Positions 58,632-64,000 of a DNA stretch of 64,000 bases are shown here, piece by piece. A program made the translations under genes and the position numbers. Positions within the stretch are counted from its first letter, which is position 1, and every line of letters begins with the position of its first letter. The DNA comes from a virus, in IMG/VR virus record IMGVR_UViG_3300026097_000805, positions 1 to 64,000 of that record; one strand, 5' to 3'. A model generated the notes under the pieces. It saw nothing but the letters and a program-made list of their open reading frames with translations, made no database searches and was not told the DNA's origin.

Positions 58632-58837
58632 TCTAAACCTTTTTGTACAAGATATGCATTGATTCGGTGCATTTCGTCTTTTAAGTATAACTTCATAGTC
58701 TTCATACGTCTAGCTTCTTCTGTAGCTGACTCGTTATTATAACGCTCTAGTAAGTCCTTGTCAAGTTCTCTATGCTTGCGCTCCAATTCTTCATAATGTG
58801 CTAGAAGTTTGTCTTTAGTTTCAGTCCAGTTGCTCAT
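58628..58837 (-). CDS. DUF465-like small coiled-coil protein
   Basis: LERKHRELD...KLYLKDEM. Confidence 0.55.
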   Translation of the reverse strand: MSNWTETKDKLLAHYEELERKHRELDKDLLERYNNESATEEARRMKTMKLYLKDEMHRINAYLVQKGLE

Positions 58838-60368
58838 CTAGTTTCTCCAACTTAGTTTCTTCCTCTTCAGAGAAAACACCGTCTTCGTGCTCGTCTTCAG
58901 GCTCAGGTTCTTCTACATCAAAGAGTGCGTTAAAGTGTGTACTAGCGTTTACAGTCTTTTTACCAATTGCACCTCTAGTACCAGGTATTGCCATCCAAAA
59001 CTTTGAATAGTCATCTATCTTAGCTAGTGCTTCGTCTCTGTCTGTGATTGCAAATATTTCTTCCACAACATCTCTAAATAGAATCCTGTCAAACTGTTCT
59101 TGCACAAGCATCCGTGGAATAACTCCTGCATCGTATTGTCTGTTTGCTTCTTGTACAGCATTGATATGACTCCATACGTTATGGCCCATCTGAATAGCAT
59201 AGCTAAAGCTATCCCAAGACGTTTTACCTTCTTTGCCGATTTTGTTTAGATCTCCGGGAGCATAAGTGCAAACGTCAGATACTTTGAGTTCGGCAGTGAG
59301 CGGACTGTCTTCAAAGTTTTTAAATATCCCATCTGATATAACAGCATCTCTGAACAGTCTGTTGTCTGTAGCATATTTTTTATCGTCAACACTTGGCACC
59401 ATTCGATATGTCCATTTCGACCGATCCTCAGTTTCATTCTGGATGTAAATCTGTCCGTTTGCGGTTGCGAGGAAAGGACTTGCACAGTCAAAAGTAATAG
59501 TAAAGTTCTCATTATAGTTTTTCCGTACAGCACGTTGAATATCAGTAAGCAAACAAGCCCACTCTAACTTTGATGTTCCTAGGAAGTGCATTACATCGTG
59601 TATGCCTTTTTCTAATAAGCCGTCAAAGTGCATAGTCACAATACGTTTTAGTACCAAGTGTACGTCACACATGTTCTGTCCACCCATTGCCCACCCATTA
59701 AAGTGATTGTCTGGATACTGCTTAGGATCGCAGTACTTCTTCATGCGATCATACCAATCATCTGCTTCTGCGTGATTCTCACCTTGTAGCACGTTTAAGA
59801 ACTTACAAGCACCTGTGCGATTGGCAATCCAATAGTCATTGTTGATGTATGTGCCTTCAACAGCTTCCATATATGATGTAATGCCAGTAGCTTCACGTCC
59901 TGCTGGCGAGCGACATACCCAAGCAGGAATATCAAGGATCATACCATAGTCCATATAAGCATCCATCCAACGGAGAACTTGTTCTCTTTTCTTTTGTGCT
60001 TTAGGACAGTTAGGATTTTTCCAGTCTCCTTCCCATACGCCTTTACCAATCTGGAAGCCACCTGAGTCACCCAAGATCCAGCTATTCTGTCTATCTCTAT
60101 TACGCACCATGTCTTCTTTAGGTGCGTGTTTGTTTACATCAAGTTCAGCATGTCCTGCTGAGTACAGTGTCCATTGATACTGGAACTGTCCTTCTTGTTG
60201 ATTAAGATAGTTTAGACTTTCAACACCGTGTGTAAAGTTGCTAGGAACACGAGACTTATCCACATATTCGTCATAACGCTGTTTGCCCACATAAGTTGCA
60301 TAGAAGCCACTCAGTGCAGGTAGGAATCTAGCGTAATCCTTTTGTTCTGCGGTTAAGTCTTTTTTCAT
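58821..60368 (-). CDS. dpdA: tRNA-guanine-transglycosylase-fold protein, DpdA-like DNA transglycosylase
   Basis: LGDSGGFQ; MILDIP; VLQG; GWAMGG; HFLG; FDCASP; clustered with folE/queE/T-fold genes. Confidence 0.75.
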   Translation of the reverse strand: MKKDLTAEQKDYARFLPALSGFYATYVGKQRYDEYVDKSRVPSNFTHGVESLNYLNQQEGQFQYQWTLYSAGHAELDVNKHAPKEDMVRNRDRQNSWILGDSGGFQIGKGVWEGDWKNPNCPKAQKKREQVLRWMDAYMDYGMILDIPAWVCRSPAGREATGITSYMEAVEGTYINNDYWIANRTGACKFLNVLQGENHAEADDWYDRMKKYCDPKQYPDNHFNGWAMGGQNMCDVHLVLKRIVTMHFDGLLEKGIHDVMHFLGTSKLEWACLLTDIQRAVRKNYNENFTITFDCASPFLATANGQIYIQNETEDRSKWTYRMVPSVDDKKYATDNRLFRDAVISDGIFKNFEDSPLTAELKVSDVCTYAPGDLNKIGKEGKTSWDSFSYAIQMGHNVWSHINAVQEANRQYDAGVIPRMLVQEQFDRILFRDVVEEIFAITDRDEALAKIDDYSKFWMAIPGTRGAIGKKTVNASTHFNALFDVEEPEPEDEHEDGVFSEEEETKLEKLDEQLD

Positions 60369-61096
60369 TACTTACTCTGCGCTGGAAGAATATAATCGTA
60401 TTTTACCATACCTGAATCTACACTAATCTTCATAGCGCCTTGATCCGAAATACTCATAGTCAAGTCACCATCTAAGTTTAGAATAGCTTGCGTTTGTGCT
60501 ACAGGCCAACTCCATGTGTGCTGTAGTGTGCCTGCTACGCCTGCTTCAAATACAAACTCACCTGCGTGTGTGCTTGCATCACCAAACGAGAATACCAAGT
60601 TGCCGTCTTTTGTGCTTACATTAAACGTAGGCTCTTCGCTGTGTGCTGCACTCATCAACTTCATACGTGCAATAGCAGCCATGCTTGGAGTAAACTCTAC
60701 ATTCCAGCTAGCACCTTTAAACTTAACAGTTTTTAACTTCTCCTCAATAATTGCTTTGTTCATAAAGCGATAGTCATTCTGGAAGTCACCTGCGGCATTC
60801 TCAAAGTGAATGTGTGTAGGAATAGTTTCACCGTTGCGTTCTGCTTGCACAACGTCAATCTTTGCATCATCCTTGTACTCTGGATTCTTCAAATGCAATG
60901 CAAGTTTGTCTAAGTTAGGCATACCAAATGTGCCTACAAATTCGTTAACAGGCGAGTGTGTTTCCGCTGAAAGAATAACACTACGATCCTCTGCCATTGA
61001 GTCAATTGCTGTGCCGTCTTCGTTGCTTACTTTAACAAGCGACAGGAAGCCTAGTGCGTGAGTATGTGCTACTACGTCTTGTAAGATGTCTTTCAT
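60368..61096 (-). CDS. DNA polymerase sliding clamp (gp45-like)
   Basis: 242 aa with a two-domain clamp-like pattern; C-terminal KISVDSGMVKYDYILPA; own consensus promoter. Confidence 0.6.
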   Translation of the reverse strand: MKDILQDVVAHTHALGFLSLVKVSNEDGTAIDSMAEDRSVILSAETHSPVNEFVGTFGMPNLDKLALHLKNPEYKDDAKIDVVQAERNGETIPTHIHFENAAGDFQNDYRFMNKAIIEEKLKTVKFKGASWNVEFTPSMAAIARMKLMSAAHSEEPTFNVSTKDGNLVFSFGDASTHAGEFVFEAGVAGTLQHTWSWPVAQTQAILNLDGDLTMSISDQGAMKISVDSGMVKYDYILPAQSK

Positions 61097-61860
61097 TTAG
61101 TTTCTCCGTTGAATAGTTTAAGTATATTGCCTAAGTTGTTGTTTGTCAAGAACTTTTCTACCGTAATCTTCGGTTCCCATCCTAGTGCTCTCATTTGCTC
61201 TATGTTAGCACAAGTATATTCTCTCTCTCCTGGGGTATTTAGACGAACCGGTAGATCAGGCGCCAAATCTTGGATCCTAACAGGATTCCCCGTACCAATG
61301 TCTAATACACCTTTTACATGATCTTTGACAATAAGTATTTCTATAGCATCTAATACATCTTCTAGATGTACAAAGTCTCTATAGTGTTTAGTTGTATATT
61401 CTAGTGTACCATTAAAAAGTTTTTTAAAGAACATATTTTCTCTAGGACAATCTGCTGAATAAACTGTATGAAAACGCATACCTAGCGTATTTGAGTGACG
61501 TACGGCAAGTTCTTCTAGAATATATTTACTTGCAGCATAAGGATTTAAATCTGGTTCGTAGGCTGTGCTACTACTGGCATAGATAATACGTGTATCAGCA
61601 TAGCGTTCGAAAAGTCGTCTACTTGCTTCTACATTACTAAACCAATAGGATGCAGGGTCTTTATGGCTCTCTCTAACACCACTTTTACCTGCAAGATGTA
61701 TGACTAAGTCAACTTTTGTAGGCCAATCTGTATAGTTTACTAAATCGAATTGAGGACCGTCCTTAATATCAATTCCATGTATATTATGTCCCAATTTCTC
61801 TAAGCGTTTTTGTAATGCGCTTCCAACAAATCCTTTATTTCCTGTTATTAGTATATTCAT
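61093..61860 (-). CDS. NAD-dependent epimerase/dehydratase
   Basis: ITGNKGFVG; IHLAG; YASSS; YAASK; RFHTVY. Confidence 0.88.
   Translation of the reverse strand: MNILITGNKGFVGSALQKRLEKLGHNIHGIDIKDGPQFDLVNYTDWPTKVDLVIHLAGKSGVRESHKDPASYWFSNVEASRRLFERYADTRIIYASSSTAYEPDLNPYAASKYILEELAVRHSNTLGMRFHTVYSADCPRENMFFKKLFNGTLEYTTKHYRDFVHLEDVLDAIEILIVKDHVKGVLDIGTGNPVRIQDLAPDLPVRLNTPGEREYTCANIEQMRALGWEPKITVEKFLTNNNLGNILKLFNGETK
61121..61149 (-). promoter_or_regulatory. sigma70-type promoter TTGACA-N17-TATACT
   Basis: read directly upstream of the clamp gene. Confidence 0.7.
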
Positions 61861-62557
61861 TTTGTAATATCTCCCATGTTTCTTTCCAATCTGTTGTCCA
61901 ATGGTTCTTTCCTTGATAAGAGTTTTTATTTAAAGTATTTGCTAATGGATAATCATTGCCGCCTTCATCCATTCGATCTCCAAAGAATACGATAAAATCA
62001 TCCTTGCTGAAGTCTTGGAGTATTTGACTTTTATCTGCACCCTTAGGAGCAATATCAATACCAGTTTCGCCGCCTACAGTTGCAGTAATATCTGGGAATA
62101 GTTGATTAAACTCGTCTGCTATCCTACGCCTATCGCCATTCCACGCTTCATAGTCAACCCAAGATCGACGCTGTTCTAGTGTAGCATTGCGTCCTACGAT
62201 ACTAAAGTTTACCATGCCCGGTCGATGTTCAAAATGCGAGCCTGTGCGAATGTTAAAATCACATTTAGTTAACTGCGTAGTTAACCATTCGTGTGCAGAC
62301 TCTGGCAATGTCCAATTGTTTCTACGCACATTTACATCACCTTCATAAACATCACTGCCACTGCAATTGTATACACGCTTGCACTTATGATATATAAACT
62401 CGCCAACTTGCTCTACAGTCTTTGCACGATCTGATCCGGTTACTAAGTATACATCGTTGTCTTCACAAAACTTACTAAACCACGAAGCAAAGTGTTTGTT
62501 CATGCGACCTCTACTGGGTGTTAGTGTGCCGTCTACGTCAAATATAAACTTATTCAT
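61835..62557 (-). CDS. HAD-family phosphomannomutase (PMM-type)
   Basis: FDVDGTLTPSR; LVTGSD; VNFSIVGRN; VGGETGIDI; FFGDRMDEGGNDYPL. Confidence 0.85.
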   Translation of the reverse strand: MNKFIFDVDGTLTPSRGRMNKHFASWFSKFCEDNDVYLVTGSDRAKTVEQVGEFIYHKCKRVYNCSGSDVYEGDVNVRRNNWTLPESAHEWLTTQLTKCDFNIRTGSHFEHRPGMVNFSIVGRNATLEQRRSWVDYEAWNGDRRRIADEFNQLFPDITATVGGETGIDIAPKGADKSQILQDFSKDDFIVFFGDRMDEGGNDYPLANTLNKNSYQGKNHWTTDWKETWEILQNEYTNNRK

Positions 62558-62711
62558 TCTCTTGTTTTAATCTCCATTGGCAGTAAGCCTCCCAACCAAA
62601 CTCATAAAGTGCGTATGCTGCAACAAAGCCTACATACGGAATAGTAAACGCCATAGTTAGCATTATGTCTGCGGCTAGCAATGCTGCTGGATAATCATAC
62701 CATCTAATCAT
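62550..62711 (-). CDS. small membrane protein
   Basis: likely start MIRWYD at 62711; hydrophobic core. Confidence 0.5.
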   Translation of the reverse strand: MIRWYDYPAALLAADIMLTMAFTIPYVGFVAAYALYEFGWEAYCQWRLKQENE

Positions 62712-62794
62712 ACTAATAAAACTCCTGCAACTAATGATACTATCGCTACGATAGCAAGAGTACCTAATATCCACGGCATAATTTTATCTATCAT
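62708..62794 (-). CDS. small membrane peptide (28 aa)
   Basis: MIDKIMPWILGTLAIVAIVSLVAGVLLV; ATGA-coupled to the next gene; not in the ORF track. Confidence 0.4.
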   Translation of the reverse strand: MIDKIMPWILGTLAIVAIVSLVAGVLLV

Positions 62795-62966
62795 TGCCTA
62801 AACCAAAGCAAGGCGTAGCAAGTGACATATGACATTTTCGAGCATACTCTTCTGGTCCCATAATAGCAATGTTCATTAGCAACGGTACGCCTACCATAAA
62901 AAATGTAACGATTAAAATTGCCCAACCAAGACCTTTTAGTGTGCAATAATTTGTTTGTTCAGCCAT
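62784..62966 (-). CDS. small membrane protein
   Basis: 60 aa with one hydrophobic helix. Confidence 0.5.
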   Translation of the reverse strand: MAEQTNYCTLKGLGWAILIVTFFMVGVPLLMNIAIMGPEEYARKCHMSLATPCFGLGNDR

Positions 62967-63378
62967 TGTTTTGTCTTTCTGCTACTCTAGCTCTAAGATC
63001 GCTGCTACTAAAGCGATGATCACGTTTGTTAAAGTACAGTTCGATATCACGTTTTGCACAGATTGCTCTTCCTGTGAACTTTCCGTCTCTATACTCTTCT
63101 CCTATTACTCTAACATCAATATGATACATTGTCAAGATATCTTCTAGATCTTGTTCTGTGCTATACGGAATAATTTCGTCTACATAGCCAACTGCTTTGA
63201 GTTGTGTGTAGCGTTCTACAATAGTCTGAACTGGAGAGTTTTTTTCTTTCCTGTCCACACTAGGATCAATTTGTAATCCACATATTAGGTAATCACACTG
63301 TTGCTTTGCTTCACGCAACATTTGTACATGTCCTGCGTGAAGTAAATCGAAGGTTGATGCGGTAAATCCTACTCTCAT
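62959..63378 (-). CDS. cytidylyltransferase (TagD/glycerol-3-phosphate cytidylyltransferase-like)
   Basis: TFDLLHAGH (HxGH); DPSVDR; FSSSDLR. Confidence 0.85.
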   Translation of the reverse strand: MRVGFTASTFDLLHAGHVQMLREAKQQCDYLICGLQIDPSVDRKEKNSPVQTIVERYTQLKAVGYVDEIIPYSTEQDLEDILTMYHIDVRVIGEEYRDGKFTGRAICAKRDIELYFNKRDHRFSSSDLRARVAERQNNG

Positions 63379-64000
63379 CCTACAAATGCCTTTTCTAATA
63401 CATATGACCCTTGCTCTTTTTTAGTGCCTTCGGACCATCCGTTCTTGTCTAACATTTCTTTGATGTCCAAATTAAACTCCATATTACCACAAAGCATAAC
63501 TTTATCTGTTTCAGGAGTAGCATTTGTCATAATCGCACCGTTTTTGACTAAATCTGTTATACGATCACTTGTGCCGTTCCACCCATCGCCTCGAGTAACC
63601 ACAGGAGTATAGTCAATGTCTTGTTCCTGTAAAAACTCATTGTATGCTAGTATTTCTGCTTCTGTTCTCACACTCCATACAACGTGTATACGCTTGTATT
63701 TAGATCGTGTAGCAGGATCACGCAACAAACTGATAAACGGAGCAATGCCTGTACCAGTTGCTAACAGCCATAGATTGTCACCTTCTGTTAGATTGTCAAT
63801 CAGCAATGTACCTGTGGGTTTATTGCCTACACTAACAGTATCACCTGGTTGAATCTTTTGCAGTTTACTTGTAAGAGGACCGTCCGGTACTTTGATGCTG
63901 TAAAACTCAACAAAGTCGTCTTCTGGTCCGCTTGTAATACTGTAAGCACGTTTAGGAGCGTCTTCTACACTAATCATAGTAAACTCGCCTGCACGGAACT
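63375..64000 (-). CDS. fpr: ferredoxin/flavodoxin-NADP+ reductase, 5' end beyond the window
   Basis: frame stays open to the window edge (FRAGEFTMI); RAYSI; GTGIAPF; MLCGN; C-terminal EKAF. Confidence 0.88.
   Translation of the reverse strand, partial: FRAGEFTMISVEDAPKRAYSITSGPEDDFVEFYSIKVPDGPLTSKLQKIQPGDTVSVGNKPTGTLLIDNLTEGDNLWLLATGTGIAPFISLLRDPATRSKYKRIHVVWSVRTEAEILAYNEFLQEQDIDYTPVVTRGDGWNGTSDRITDLVKNGAIMTNATPETDKVMLCGNMEFNLDIKEMLDKNGWSEGTKKEQGSYVLEKAFVG

Noticed and set aside
58821-60368. Interpretation as a tRNA-modifying Tgt for queuosine
   Set aside because: No C-terminal Zn-binding CxCxxC, no queA/queF/queC in the window, and it is coupled to the sliding clamp; a DNA-acting DpdA fits better, though this is not proven.
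1-64000. Giant (NCLDV) virus or cellular origin, suggested by the MBD4-like and PMM genes
   Set aside because: Sigma70 and T4-late promoters, Shine-Dalgarno sites, ATGA overlaps and T4-like clamp/RNase H indicate a bacteriophage.
1-64000. CRISPR array, tRNA/rRNA genes, integrase/attC cassettes, stop-codon reassignment
   Set aside because: No regular repeat-spacer array or cloverleaf was recognised by eye, there is no integrase or attC-like hairpin between island genes, and ORFs are full length in the standard code.

Overview
This 64 kb window is an AT-rich fragment of a large, probably T4-like tailed phage. Support: a gp45-like sliding clamp, a T4-type RNase H, a MoxR ATPase + VWA pair, TATAAATA late-promoter boxes, consensus TTGACA-N17-TATAnT promoters and stop/start-overlapped bacterial-style genes. 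The left ~42.7 kb (almost all + strand) is a tailoring-enzyme island. It holds 22 radical SAM proteins of four architectures, six 2OG-Fe(II)-type oxygenases, GT-A glycosyltransferases, a UDP-sugar dehydrogenase, a methyltransferase, two SDRs, a PLP enzyme, a GNAT and a kinase-like protein, and it ends against a tail-fibre-like gene. A chimeric 46-codon junction ORF at 17170-17310 records how rSAM cassettes were duplicated or inserted. The right ~21 kb (- strand) holds core genes and a 7-deazaguanine DNA-modification region: dpdA-like TGT, a T-fold protein with the LxxxHRHxF (DpdL-type) motif, folE and queE. No queC or canonical queD is in the window. A GT-B glycosyltransferase, an MBD4-like glycosylase, HIT, PRTase and 2OG oxygenase genes are embedded there, followed by sugar-nucleotide genes and a truncated ferredoxin-NADP reductase. 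No rRNA, tRNA, CRISPR array or transposase was recognised. All calls come from motif recognition by eye; no searches were run.
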